This document shows, one piece after another, positions 25,409-34,813 of a stretch of DNA of 47,128 bases (its first letter is position 1; each line of letters opens with the position of its first letter). The stretch spans positions 1 through 47,128 of IMG/VR virus record IMGVR_UViG_3300042923_001800; one strand, written 5' to 3'. The notes under the pieces are model-generated. The model was not told where the DNA came from. It saw nothing but the letters and a program-made list of their open reading frames with translations, and did not search any database. A program made the position numbers and the translations under genes. The stretch is from a virus (Duplodnaviria > Caudoviricetes).

Positions 25409-26741
25409 GATTAAGAAAACACTATTTAAGTTTAGTCCATTCTCTGTAAAGCAAAAGAAAGTCCTTACCTGGTGGCTGCCCAACTCTCCTGTAAAAGATA
25501 AAGATGGAATAATAGCTGATGGATCCATAAGAAGTGGTAAAACTTTATCTATGTCATTGTCCTTTGTAATGTGGGCCATGGAGACATTTGATACAAAGAA
25601 CTTTGGTATGTGTGGTAAAACAATAGGTTCATTTAGGCGTAACGTATTATTTTGGCTAAAACTGATGCTTAAAGCGAGAAAGTACAAGGTACAGGACTTA
25701 AGGGCTGACAACTTAGTTATAGTAACTAAGAAGGGTAAAACTAATTACTTTTATATCTTCGGCGGTAAGGATGAGAGGTCTCAAGACTTAATCCAAGGTA
25801 TTACACTCGCAGGTATATTCTTCGATGAAGTTGCTCTAATGCCTGAAAGCTTTGTTAATCAAGCAACAGGGCGTTGCTCAGTTGAAGGCTCTAAATACTG
25901 GTTTAATTGTAATCCTGATGGACCGTATCATTGGTTTAAACTGACTTGGATAGATAAAATTAAAGAAAAAAATATCTTGTATCTTCACTTTACTATGGAT
26001 GATAATTTATCACTTAGTGAAGCAATAAAAGAAAGATATAGAAAAATGTATTCAGGTGTATTCTTTAAACGCTATATCTTAGGTCTTTGGGTAATGGCAG
26101 AGGGTATCATATATGATATGTTTCAAGAAGCTGTCCATAGAGTTAATACTATGTTTAGGCAGTATACTGAGTATTATGTAAGTATTGACTATGGAACTCA
26201 AAATGCAACTGTATTTATTCTTTGGGGTAAGTATGAAAATAAATGGTATGCAATAAAAGAATATTACTATAGTGGTAGAGAAGAAGTAAAACAAAAGACT
26301 GATAATAAATACTACGAGGATTTAGAAAAGTTTTTAGGGAATATCATTCCTAAAGCAATAATAATCGATCCAAGTGCAGCTTCATTCATTGCTTTAATAA
26401 GAGAGAAAGATAAATATGAGGTACGCAAAGCAAACAATGACGTTGAGGACGGAATAAGAAATGTAAGTACAGCTTTAAGCCTTGAAGTAATACTTTTTAA
26501 TGACTGTTGCGAAATGACCTTTAGAGAGTTTTTCTCATATATATGGGATGAAAAAGCAAGCAAAATTGGCAATGATAAGCCTATAAAAGAAAACGATCAT
26601 GCCATGGATGCTATAAGATACTTCGTAAATACAATACTTAAAAATAAGCTGCAGCCTTATAGTGATGAAATTTACAATAAAGGAAAAGGCGTTATTAAAC
26701 CTACAAATCCTTATACTAAGAAAGGAGGTCATGTATTCTAA
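25389..26741 (+). CDS. terL: Terminase large subunit (PBSX family)
   Basis: DGSIRSGKT Walker A, FFDEVALM, CNP, IDYGT, NDHAMDAIRY. Confidence 0.96.
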   Translation: MKKIINRIKKTLFKFSPFSVKQKKVLTWWLPNSPVKDKDGIIADGSIRSGKTLSMSLSFVMWAMETFDTKNFGMCGKTIGSFRRNVLFWLKLMLKARKYKVQDLRADNLVIVTKKGKTNYFYIFGGKDERSQDLIQGITLAGIFFDEVALMPESFVNQATGRCSVEGSKYWFNCNPDGPYHWFKLTWIDKIKEKNILYLHFTMDDNLSLSEAIKERYRKMYSGVFFKRYILGLWVMAEGIIYDMFQEAVHRVNTMFRQYTEYYVSIDYGTQNATVFILWGKYENKWYAIKEYYYSGREEVKQKTDNKYYEDLEKFLGNIIPKAIIIDPSAASFIALIREKDKYEVRKANNDVEDGIRNVSTALSLEVILFNDCCEMTFREFFSYIWDEKASKIGNDKPIKENDHAMDAIRYFVNTILKNKLQPYSDEIYNKGKGVIKPTNPYTKKGGHVF

Positions 26742-28225
26742 TGGCTGATGTAAGAGAAATACTTTTAAATCTTCCAGATGTGGAGAAAAAAGAACGAAAA
26801 AGAGTAAGAGCTGATTATTATTTTTATAAAGGCAAGAGCGCTGATTTAGAGTTGGCTAAGCAAGACAAAGCATTAACAGGTCAGAGCTGGGATGTTAATG
26901 ACAATGTTGATTATACACCAACTCAAGATATAAGAAACAAAGTTAAACCACTGCTTAAGAAGCAAGCTAGGTTCATGTTTGGTAATGAGCCTTTTATTAA
27001 TTTTAAGCCTGATAATTTAAAAAATGACAAAGATAACTGTGAAGCACTAAGACGTTTCATTGATGATGTACTACAAAGCAATAAGTTTTGGAATAACACT
27101 AGAAAAGCTTTCTTGATGAGTACGATTAAAAAAAGAGTATTGCTAAGAGCTGAAGCTAATCCAGGTATGCCTATAGTTATTAAGTATGAAAACATTGAGG
27201 ACTTTTATTATAAGGAGCAAAACGGAGCTTTACTTGAAGCTAAGTTCTTTGAAGAAGATGAGGGCAATGCATTTGTAGAAGCAGACAAAGATAAGGTCTA
27301 CTACATTCATACATACTATTATGATAAGCCTAGTGAGTCAGCAAATGTAGAAGCTTACTATAAAAAGCAAGCATACAAAGGTGATGACCTTAATACACCT
27401 ATTGAAGAAACTAAGCAACAAACTGGATTCTATAAAATACCTTGTTGGTTAATAAAGAATGGTGGGGAGCTTGGGGACGAGTTCGGCGAAAGTGATGTAA
27501 ATGAATTAAGGGAGCCACAAAACTTATATAACAAGAAAAATTCAGACTTTGCAGATGCCTTAAAGTTTCAAATGTTTGGAGCAGAAAGTATCATCGATGG
27601 ACATCCAGAAGATGTGAATAAGCTTTCTATAGCGCCTAATGCTGTACATGCTATAAGAACAGATAATAAGGCTGCAGATAATGGTAAGCAAGCTGTTCAC
27701 AATAGGTTAGAATATAACTTTGGCAGTGCAGAAGCTATTAATACTTATTTAGATAGAATAGACCATGATATGAAAGATATACTTGATATGCCTAATATAA
27801 AAGACTTAACAAATATACCAAGTGCCAAGGCTATGAAGTATATGTACAATGACCTAATAAGTCGCTGTGAAGAAAAATGGAATGATTGGGAGCCTGTGCT
27901 TAAAGAGTTAATAAACTTTATTATCCAAGCAGCTCCATATAGCTATAAAGGATTGTTTAAAAATGAATGGTCCAACTTAGAGTATACCATGTTGTTTTCT
28001 CATAACTATCCATTGCCAGCTGATGAAGAAGATAAGAAGAAAATAGCCCTGGAAGAGATAGTTACAAAAGTTAGGTCTATTCGTAGCTATATTAAAGAGT
28101 TCACTGATGAAGAAGATGCAGAAAAAACATTAAATGAAATTCTTGAAGAAATAACTCTTATAGCTTCCGCTGAATCCGAGCAGCCACAACTTAGCGACCC
28201 AAATAAAGGTGGTACAAATGAATAA
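26741..28225 (+). CDS. Portal protein (SPP1-like)
   Basis: 494 aa after TerL; G.SD...L...Q..YN...SD, S.KAMK motifs. Confidence 0.88.
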   Translation: MADVREILLNLPDVEKKERKRVRADYYFYKGKSADLELAKQDKALTGQSWDVNDNVDYTPTQDIRNKVKPLLKKQARFMFGNEPFINFKPDNLKNDKDNCEALRRFIDDVLQSNKFWNNTRKAFLMSTIKKRVLLRAEANPGMPIVIKYENIEDFYYKEQNGALLEAKFFEEDEGNAFVEADKDKVYYIHTYYYDKPSESANVEAYYKKQAYKGDDLNTPIEETKQQTGFYKIPCWLIKNGGELGDEFGESDVNELREPQNLYNKKNSDFADALKFQMFGAESIIDGHPEDVNKLSIAPNAVHAIRTDNKAADNGKQAVHNRLEYNFGSAEAINTYLDRIDHDMKDILDMPNIKDLTNIPSAKAMKYMYNDLISRCEEKWNDWEPVLKELINFIIQAAPYSYKGLFKNEWSNLEYTMLFSHNYPLPADEEDKKKIALEEIVTKVRSIRSYIKEFTDEEDAEKTLNEILEEITLIASAESEQPQLSDPNKGGTNE

Positions 28226-29174
28226 TGAGTATCTTAAATTAGTCCATGAAGCTTTAAATGATAAAATACAGCTTGCTCAAGGTAATGGAAAGTTATTAAA
28301 AAAACTATATGAAGAGGTTGCAGAGGATTTAATTAAGGCTGCAGGTAAGTCTAAGGGCTTCAACAAAGCTTGGCTAAATGATTATTCTAAGGTTGTTATG
28401 ATTAGATTGAAAGAGCTTGAAAGTAATATTTATAGTCTTAATGAGGATTCTTTAAAATCAAGTTCACAAATTGCGGCAGCTGTACAGTCTACATTCTTTG
28501 AATATATAGAGGAAAAGTTTCAATTAGATATCCCAAAAGAACTATATAAATCTATTTATTCTGTACCTGAAGATGTAGTTTTAAAGCTAATAAGCGGTAA
28601 TTTATATAAAGATGGCAAAGGGTTAGCAAGCAGAATATGGAGTTCTACTAATAAAATGAATAGGGATATAAATTATGTATTAGCTAAAGGAATAGCAAAT
28701 CAGAAACCATATTTAGAAATAATTAAAGACTTGGAAAAGTATGTAGATCCTACAGCTAAGAAGCCTTGGAACTGGAAAACCGTTTATCCAGGTGTGAATA
28801 AGCAAGTTGATTATAATGCTCAGAGAGTATTAAGAACAGGAATGAATCATGCTTTCTATTTAAGCACTATGGAAAGCAATAAAAGGAACCCTTATGTGGA
28901 TTCAGTACATTGGGAACTCTCAGGGCAGCATTATGAAAGACAAGTTAAAAGATTTGGACGTGATGAATGCGACGATTATTCAGAGCAAGATAGATATGGA
29001 CTAGGCACTGGTAATTTTCCAAAGGATGATGTTCCAATTCCTCATGTTCAATGCATGTGCTCTCAATATGGTGTAGTACCAAAGAGTATGGATGACATAG
29101 GAAAGGAATTAGGCGACTGGCTGGCAGGTGGAAGCAATAAAATGTTAGATGAATGGTATGCAAGTGTAGCATAG
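28218..29174 (+). CDS. Minor head morphogenesis protein (SPP1 gp7/Mu F-like)
   Basis: LASRIW, YNAQRVLRT, CDDY, P.PHVQCMC. Confidence 0.85.
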   Translation: MNNEYLKLVHEALNDKIQLAQGNGKLLKKLYEEVAEDLIKAAGKSKGFNKAWLNDYSKVVMIRLKELESNIYSLNEDSLKSSSQIAAAVQSTFFEYIEEKFQLDIPKELYKSIYSVPEDVVLKLISGNLYKDGKGLASRIWSSTNKMNRDINYVLAKGIANQKPYLEIIKDLEKYVDPTAKKPWNWKTVYPGVNKQVDYNAQRVLRTGMNHAFYLSTMESNKRNPYVDSVHWELSGQHYERQVKRFGRDECDDYSEQDRYGLGTGNFPKDDVPIPHVQCMCSQYGVVPKSMDDIGKELGDWLAGGSNKMLDEWYASVA

Positions 29175-29186
29175 AAAGGATGTATC

Positions 29187-29510
29187 ATGGGAAATCAAAA
29201 ATTAATCTGTGATAAATGTAAAAGAGAAATAAAGCTAAAACAAAAACACACTAAGATAGTTAAAGTAGAGGGCGACATCGAAAGAATGTATTTCAAATGT
29301 CCTCACTGTAATACTAAATATACCATTTCCTATACAGATGTTGAGTTTAGAGAAAACATAGAAAAGATAAAACTTATTATGTTCGAGCTCTCAGATAAAA
29401 CTCTTTCTGAAGAAAAAGTTAAGGAATTAGTAAAAGCTCGAGATAGACTAATTGCTAAAAATAAAGAGATTTCTCAAGGATATAGGAAGAAATATGAGGG
29501 CGAGGTGTAG
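29187..29510 (+). CDS. Zinc-ribbon hypothetical protein
   Basis: CDKC...CPHC. Confidence 0.75.
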   Translation: MGNQKLICDKCKREIKLKQKHTKIVKVEGDIERMYFKCPHCNTKYTISYTDVEFRENIEKIKLIMFELSDKTLSEEKVKELVKARDRLIAKNKEISQGYRKKYEGEV

Positions 29511-29518
29511 AGCAGCTT

Positions 29519-29800
29519 ATGAAACCAATTAAAACTAATACATCTAACTGTATTCTTAAAGCTCTAGAACAAAAGATAAGAAACCCATCAAACAAAATTT
29601 ATATAGTTATTCCAAAGGATAAAACTGAGAGAGGAATTCCACATTTTATATGGAAAATAAAGAATGGTGAATATTATCATTTTACATTTGAACATAAAAG
29701 AAAAATGAATAAATGGTATAAGTTTGTTTTGTTCAAAGGATATATAGAAAAATTCCCTTTACAGTTTCTAAAGCAGGTGACTATTAAAAAAGTTATCTAA
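29519..29800 (+). CDS. Hypothetical basic protein
   Basis: 93 aa ORF; terminator-like hairpin 29799-29826 follows. Confidence 0.6.
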   Translation: MKPIKTNTSNCILKALEQKIRNPSNKIYIVIPKDKTERGIPHFIWKIKNGEYYHFTFEHKRKMNKWYKFVLFKGYIEKFPLQFLKQVTIKKVI

Positions 29801-29834
29801 GACATAGAGATATGTCTTTTTATTTTATTCAAAA

Positions 29835-29925
29835 ACCGTCTTTTTAAGCTTTGAGGTAGACGTAAAAGAAAAGAAGCACTCGTTAATGTCGAGGACGAAC
29901 CGCGTTAAAAGCGTATTAAGGAGGA
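29835..29925 (+). promoter_or_regulatory. Structured cis-leader of the scaffold gene (GP20 RNA motif-like)
   Basis: Three short CG-rich stems with recurring CGT(T/A)AA, directly before the SD. Confidence 0.5.
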
Positions 29926-29934
29926 TTTTATATT

Positions 29935-30552
29935 ATGCCAAATTTAAAAGAAATCATAGGTGAAGAAGCCTTCAAAGCTCTTCCAGAGGAAACAAGAAAT
30001 AAGTACAAGGAAACAGACTTTGTTAATAGTGCTGACTATGTTCCAAAAGATCGTTTCTCACAGGTTACGACTGAGAAGAATGATTATAAGCAGCAATTAG
30101 CAGACAGAGATAAACAGCTTACAGATTTACAAGGTAAAGTTAAAGACAATGAAGTTTTAACTAAAGAAATCGAAAATCTTAAAACATCTAACTCAACAAC
30201 TGCGGCTGACTATGAAAAGAAGCTTCAGCAAATTCAATATGATGTAGCATTAAGCAATGCTCTAAAGGATAGTAAAGCAAAAGATATAAACCTTATAAAG
30301 GCTTTACTTGATAAAGATAAGCTTAAAGTAAATGGTGAGGAAATTATCGGTCTTAAGGAACAATTAGAGACTATTAAAAAGGACAGAGATTACTTATTTG
30401 AAAAAGAAGTACCTGGAACAGGATCATTTAGCACAGGGGGCAAAGGTAATGCTGGAGGCGGCCAAGAGTTAAGCCTAGGAGAAAAGCTTGCAAAAAGTAA
30501 ATCAGATCAAGCTAAGACAAGTGAATCAATAGATAAATTTTTTAGTAAATAG
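29935..30552 (+). CDS. Capsid scaffolding protein (Phage_GP20-like)
   Basis: YVPKDRF..V, coiled coil, AKD...IKALLD, GL.EQL..IK....YLF. Confidence 0.9.
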   Translation: MPNLKEIIGEEAFKALPEETRNKYKETDFVNSADYVPKDRFSQVTTEKNDYKQQLADRDKQLTDLQGKVKDNEVLTKEIENLKTSNSTTAADYEKKLQQIQYDVALSNALKDSKAKDINLIKALLDKDKLKVNGEEIIGLKEQLETIKKDRDYLFEKEVPGTGSFSTGGKGNAGGGQELSLGEKLAKSKSDQAKTSESIDKFFSK

Positions 30553-30564
30553 GAGGAATAATGT

Positions 30565-30906
30565 ATGAGACAAAGTTCAAGAAGCTTATCCGGTGAGCAA
30601 AAAAATATATTAGCATATGGACAACATTTCTTAAATGTAAATGTTAAGGTAGTTAAAACAGATGCTACATTAGTTGGCGGTATTCTACCTGTAGGAACAA
30701 TAGTTGATAATGCAGGTAAGAGTGTTAATACTGCACCATTAGGGGCTACTGCATTTGGAGTTGTGTATGAAGATGTTGACTTCAATAACTCAAAAGGAAC
30801 TGAGGTTGTACCAGTAACTATACATGGTTTTATAAAGACAAGTGAGTTACCTGCAGCTCCAGTAGCAGAAGCTAAAGCAGCATTAAAAATGATCCAATTT
30901 ATTTAA
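30565..30906 (+). CDS. Head decoration protein
   Basis: Between scaffold and capsid; ILPVGT, GVVYEDVD, HGFI....LP. Confidence 0.75.
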   Translation: MRQSSRSLSGEQKNILAYGQHFLNVNVKVVKTDATLVGGILPVGTIVDNAGKSVNTAPLGATAFGVVYEDVDFNNSKGTEVVPVTIHGFIKTSELPAAPVAEAKAALKMIQFI

Positions 30907-30925
30907 TTTTAAGGAGGAATAACAT

Positions 30926-31963
30926 ATGAATTTACAAGATTTTATAAGCGCAAAAGAAATAGCACTATATATTCAGAACTTACCACCAAAAACTGCAATT
31001 GACCAAGCCTTATTTCCTAACACAAAGCAATGGGGAACAGAAATAGAGCTTGCTAAAGGTTCAAGACAAAGGCCTGTAGCTTTAAAAATGTCTACTTTTG
31101 ATGTAGCTGTTAAGCCTAGAGCTTTAAAGGCTGATTTAAAGATTGATAAAAAGGAACTTCCATTCTTCAAGGAATCTGTACTTATCAAGGAAAAAGATAG
31201 GCAGCTTTTAATGATGGCTCTTCAGGCTAATAATCAGAACTTAGTAGAGCAAATAGTTTCCCAAGTTTATGAAAACTATCAATCCTTAGTAGATGGCGCT
31301 GGAGTACAAGCTACTAGAATGAGAGCTCAATTAATCCAAAAGGGTGTAATTAACATTGTTACTGTCGATGGTGACATAGTAGTTGACTATGATGTTCCAG
31401 CAGCACATAAAGAAACTCTATTAACTACTGCAAGATGGTCTGACCCATCATCTGATGTAGTGGGGGATATCCAAAGATGGCAAGGTGTATTAACTGATGA
31501 GGGTTATGCTGCACCAAGCAGAATGTTGCTTACTAAGACTACCTTTGGCTATATCTCACAGAATACTGCTATCCTTAATGAGTTAAAGGCTCGTAACTTG
31601 GGAGAAGTTATAGTAACCAGCCAAGACATAATAGCTTATTTAAACAGAAAACTAGGAATATCTGTAGGTATACTAAATGGTACTTTCATAGCTGAGGATG
31701 GTTCCACTATGAATTACTATGAAGATGACTATGTAACTTTAATTCCAGATGGAGCTCTTGGAAAAACTGTTTATGGAACTACTCCTGAGGAAGCAGATAA
31801 GGTATATGGCACCGGTAAGCTTGATACTCAAATAGTTAACACTGGTGTTGCAATTACTACTATGCTTAAAGAGGATCCTGTTACAGTAGAAACAAAAGTA
31901 TCACAATTAGTTCTACCAAGCTTTGATAGAGCTGATGAGTGCTTCTTTGCTATAGTGGCTTAA
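30926..31963 (+). CDS. Major capsid protein
   Basis: 345 aa; LPFFKES, VDY.VP..HK, LGKTVYGTTPEE. Confidence 0.92.
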   Translation: MNLQDFISAKEIALYIQNLPPKTAIDQALFPNTKQWGTEIELAKGSRQRPVALKMSTFDVAVKPRALKADLKIDKKELPFFKESVLIKEKDRQLLMMALQANNQNLVEQIVSQVYENYQSLVDGAGVQATRMRAQLIQKGVINIVTVDGDIVVDYDVPAAHKETLLTTARWSDPSSDVVGDIQRWQGVLTDEGYAAPSRMLLTKTTFGYISQNTAILNELKARNLGEVIVTSQDIIAYLNRKLGISVGILNGTFIAEDGSTMNYYEDDYVTLIPDGALGKTVYGTTPEEADKVYGTGKLDTQIVNTGVAITTMLKEDPVTVETKVSQLVLPSFDRADECFFAIVA

Positions 31964-31968
31964 CAATG

Positions 31969-31990
31969 GAGTGGAGTTATTCTCCACTCT
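31969..31990 (+). terminator. Hairpin after the capsid gene
   Basis: GAGTGGAG-TTATT-CTCCACTC. Confidence 0.55.
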
Positions 31991-32019
31991 AAATTTATTT
32001 AAAGAAAGGAATGAGGTAA

Positions 32020-32229
32020 ATGGCTAAAGAAAAAAGAACTATTAAAGTAAAAGCTAAGGTCAATTTAAAATATGATAAAGATGTGATTAAGATTGGCCAG
32101 GAGTTTTTAGTTAGAAAGTCAGATGTTGAAGATATTGAAACTTATATAGAGGTTTTAGGAGAAGTCAAAGATGAAAAGGATCCAGACAAAGGTGGTAATT
32201 CCGATGATGAGAAAAAGGCTGGAGAGTAG
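32020..32229 (+). CDS. Small head-associated protein
   Basis: 69 aa directly after the capsid gene. Confidence 0.7.
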   Translation: MAKEKRTIKVKAKVNLKYDKDVIKIGQEFLVRKSDVEDIETYIEVLGEVKDEKDPDKGGNSDDEKKAGE

Positions 32230-32238
32230 GTGAGTTAA

Positions 32239-32535
32239 TTGGATGATTTAACTCACCTAAAATTATTAATACAGGAAAAGAAATATCCATATTTTACTGA
32301 TGAAGAGTTGATAGGATTCTTATCAATAAATACTGGCAATGTTAAAGTAACTGCCTCAAAGTTATGTCTTATGAAAGCAGATATGGAAAAGAGCATTAAA
32401 GTAGGACCAATTACTATAGAAAATCCTAGTCCTGAGTATTGGACTAATCTCTCCAACCAATATTTATCAGAATCGCCAATAGAAAACACTTCAAATGGAT
32501 ATTACAATACCTCTATGAAAAGAGCTGATGAGTAA
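32239..32535 (+). CDS. Head-tail adaptor
   Basis: PYFTDEEL...L motif and position. Confidence 0.7.
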   Translation: MDDLTHLKLLIQEKKYPYFTDEELIGFLSINTGNVKVTASKLCLMKADMEKSIKVGPITIENPSPEYWTNLSNQYLSESPIENTSNGYYNTSMKRADE

Positions 32536-32894
32536 TGCTTAGTAAACAAAGATTAAGACATGCTGTGATTAAAGGTATATCTCAAATGCCTAGTGAAGTT
32601 GTAGTTTATAGAGAAGTCTTGAATAGTTATAAAGAGCCTGAGGATGAACCTATTTTAATAGCAAATCTAACTGGCTTATTATATGAAAAAGAAAGAGCCA
32701 TAAACCTCTTATTACAAGATAAAGGGGAAACGCTTGATAAATATTCAACACGGTTTTTAGTTGACTATAACGAAGAATCGATGAAGGTACAAACTAATGA
32801 TATTTTAAGTATTGGTGATAAAAAGTATAAAGTTATTTACCCAGGAGAGAATTTTGAAATTTACTATGATATGGTGGTGGAGTTAGATGGGTAG
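32535..32894 (+). CDS. Head-tail joining protein
   Basis: Position and size (119 aa), beta-rich. Confidence 0.65.
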   Translation: MLSKQRLRHAVIKGISQMPSEVVVYREVLNSYKEPEDEPILIANLTGLLYEKERAINLLLQDKGETLDKYSTRFLVDYNEESMKVQTNDILSIGDKKYKVIYPGENFEIYYDMVVELDG

Positions 32895-33240
32895 CTTAAG
32901 CTTTAATATAAATGATGTATTAAAGAAAATGAATATTATAAATAATAAAGTAGAAAAAGCTACTCAACTTTATGCTGAATCTGCAGCCAAGAAAATGGAA
33001 GCTGACATGAAGAAAAAAGCACCTTGGACTGATAAAACAACATTAACTAGACAAGGATTGAATGCAAGGGTATTTAGGACAACAACTGGCAAGGAAATAA
33101 GACTTTCAAGCCCTACAAATCAATTCAAGTACTTAGAATTAGCAAATGAAAAAAAGTATGCTATAGCATGGCCTACGGTTCAAAGATGGAGCGGCGAAGT
33201 ATTGAGTGGATGGGCTAGTATGATATCAAGAATAAGGTGA
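32887..33240 (+). CDS. HK97 gp10-like neck protein
   Basis: APWTDKT...R.GL, YLELANEKKYAI. Confidence 0.75.
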   Translation: MGSLSFNINDVLKKMNIINNKVEKATQLYAESAAKKMEADMKKKAPWTDKTTLTRQGLNARVFRTTTGKEIRLSSPTNQFKYLELANEKKYAIAWPTVQRWSGEVLSGWASMISRIR

Positions 33241-33244
33241 TAAA

Positions 33245-33589
33245 ATGATAAGAGTATATGAGTTTCTACAATCAAAAGGAATTGATGTTTATTTTATAGG
33301 TCAACATCAAGGGGAATGTAAGGCACCATATGTAGTTTTAAAAGATGATAATACAACTGGGCATAATGGTTCTAATAAGATCGGCTCACAAGTTGTAGAT
33401 ATCATTTTTTTTATGCCTCAAAATCAATTTACAAAAACAAAAAGCTTTAAAAGTGAAATAAAAACATATTTGAAAGAATTAAACTTTTTAAGGTATACAG
33501 GCATTGAAACTGGGACTGTTACAGATGATGAAAAGAAAGCTTTAACATTTAGTGTGTTATATCAAATACAAAAAGAATTGGAGGGTTAA
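33245..33589 (+). CDS. Tail terminator protein
   Basis: GQHQGEC..PYVV; directly before the major tail gene. Confidence 0.7.
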   Translation: MIRVYEFLQSKGIDVYFIGQHQGECKAPYVVLKDDNTTGHNGSNKIGSQVVDIIFFMPQNQFTKTKSFKSEIKTYLKELNFLRYTGIETGTVTDDEKKALTFSVLYQIQKELEG

Positions 33590-33591
33590 AT

Positions 33592-34140
33592 ATGCCACTA
33601 TTAGAAGGAAAACCAATAGTTAATATAAAAAAGGTTGAAATTATAACAGAAGAAACTACTCCTCAAACATTTACCTGGGATACTGCATCAGAATGTGAGC
33701 AATCTCCGGATATATCTGAGGGAGAAGAAACCATTTTAAGAGTGAAAGACACTATATATGCTAGTGATAGAACTGAGGATATAGTGTACGGCACTACTCT
33801 TACATTTTCAGATAATCTATTCCATCCTGAAGTAATTGAGGTTATTGATGGAGGTACATTAGTAAAGGATGTCGGTGATATTATTACAGGTTATGATGCA
33901 CCGGTTATAGGTACTCCTGTTAATAGAAAGAAATTCACACTAAATATTTATACTGAAGAAAAGGATGCAGATGGTGAAGTTGTAGGTTATGTTAAATTCT
34001 CATATCCACATTGTAAAGGAAAACCATTTAAGGCTAGCGTGAAAGATGGAGAATTCTTTGCGCCGGAGTATTCCTGCGTAAGTAGACCTAAAAAAGGCGA
34101 AAAGCCTTACGGTATTAGTTTTCTAACAGAATTAGTTTAG
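33592..34140 (+). CDS. Major tail tube protein
   Basis: 182 aa acidic, beta-rich; YPHCKGKP...DGEFFAPEY. Confidence 0.78.
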   Translation: MPLLEGKPIVNIKKVEIITEETTPQTFTWDTASECEQSPDISEGEETILRVKDTIYASDRTEDIVYGTTLTFSDNLFHPEVIEVIDGGTLVKDVGDIITGYDAPVIGTPVNRKKFTLNIYTEEKDADGEVVGYVKFSYPHCKGKPFKASVKDGEFFAPEYSCVSRPKKGEKPYGISFLTELV

Positions 34141-34158
34141 TAGAAAGGATGTAAATAT

Positions 34159-34578
34159 ATGAACATTACAAGCGTTGAACAATTAAAAGATATGGCAAAA
34201 GGGCAAATAGTTGAGTTGCCAAGCTTCGGAGATGGAGAGCCTTTTGTATGTAGAGTTAGAAGAGCCAGCTTATTGGGTTTAGCTGTTAAAGGCACCATTC
34301 CAAATCCTTTGTTAGTTGCTGCGAATCAATTATTTTTCGGTAAGAGCTCTAATAAACAAGAAGTTGATTTTAAAGAAACTGGAAAGGTGTTTGAAATTGT
34401 AGCTAAAGACTGCCTAATAGAGCCAACCTGTGAACAAATAGAAGAAGCAGGGTTAACATTAACTGATGATCAAATAGTAGCCCTTTTCAATTTCTCACAA
34501 CAAGGCATAAGAGCCTTGGACCCCTTTCGTACAAAGCAAGGAGATACTGAGAATAATCAGAATCAGCCAAAAGTATAG
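34159..34578 (+). CDS. Tail assembly chaperone (G-like)
   Basis: Between tail tube and tape measure; G.IPNPLL..A..LF, LTDDQ. Confidence 0.8.
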   Translation: MNITSVEQLKDMAKGQIVELPSFGDGEPFVCRVRRASLLGLAVKGTIPNPLLVAANQLFFGKSSNKQEVDFKETGKVFEIVAKDCLIEPTCEQIEEAGLTLTDDQIVALFNFSQQGIRALDPFRTKQGDTENNQNQPKV

Positions 34579-34801
34579 GCAAAGACCTAGCGAGGTAATG
34601 GATATAGATGATCCATATCTCGCTTTTTGCTTTGATGAAGCTGTGGAATTAATCCTATCACAGCAGTATGTAGATGAAAAAGGCAAGAATAAGTGGAGAA
34701 ACAGGCCTAAATGGAAAGAAACAACAGATAAGAATTGTACTCAAAATAATAATAGTGAGCTAATAGCTGAAATGCAAAAAGAGTTAAAAAAGCAAATGTA
34801 A
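34526..34801 (+). CDS. Tail chaperone extension (T-like), probably reached by +1 frameshift
   Basis: +1 frame open from 34511; Y.QRPSEVM.I.DPYLAFCFDEA begins upstream of the only ATG (34598). Confidence 0.65.
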   Translation, partial: FVQSKEILRIIRISQKYRQRPSEVMDIDDPYLAFCFDEAVELILSQQYVDEKGKNKWRNRPKWKETTDKNCTQNNNSELIAEMQKELKKQM

Positions 34802-34813
34802 GGAGGTGGGAAA

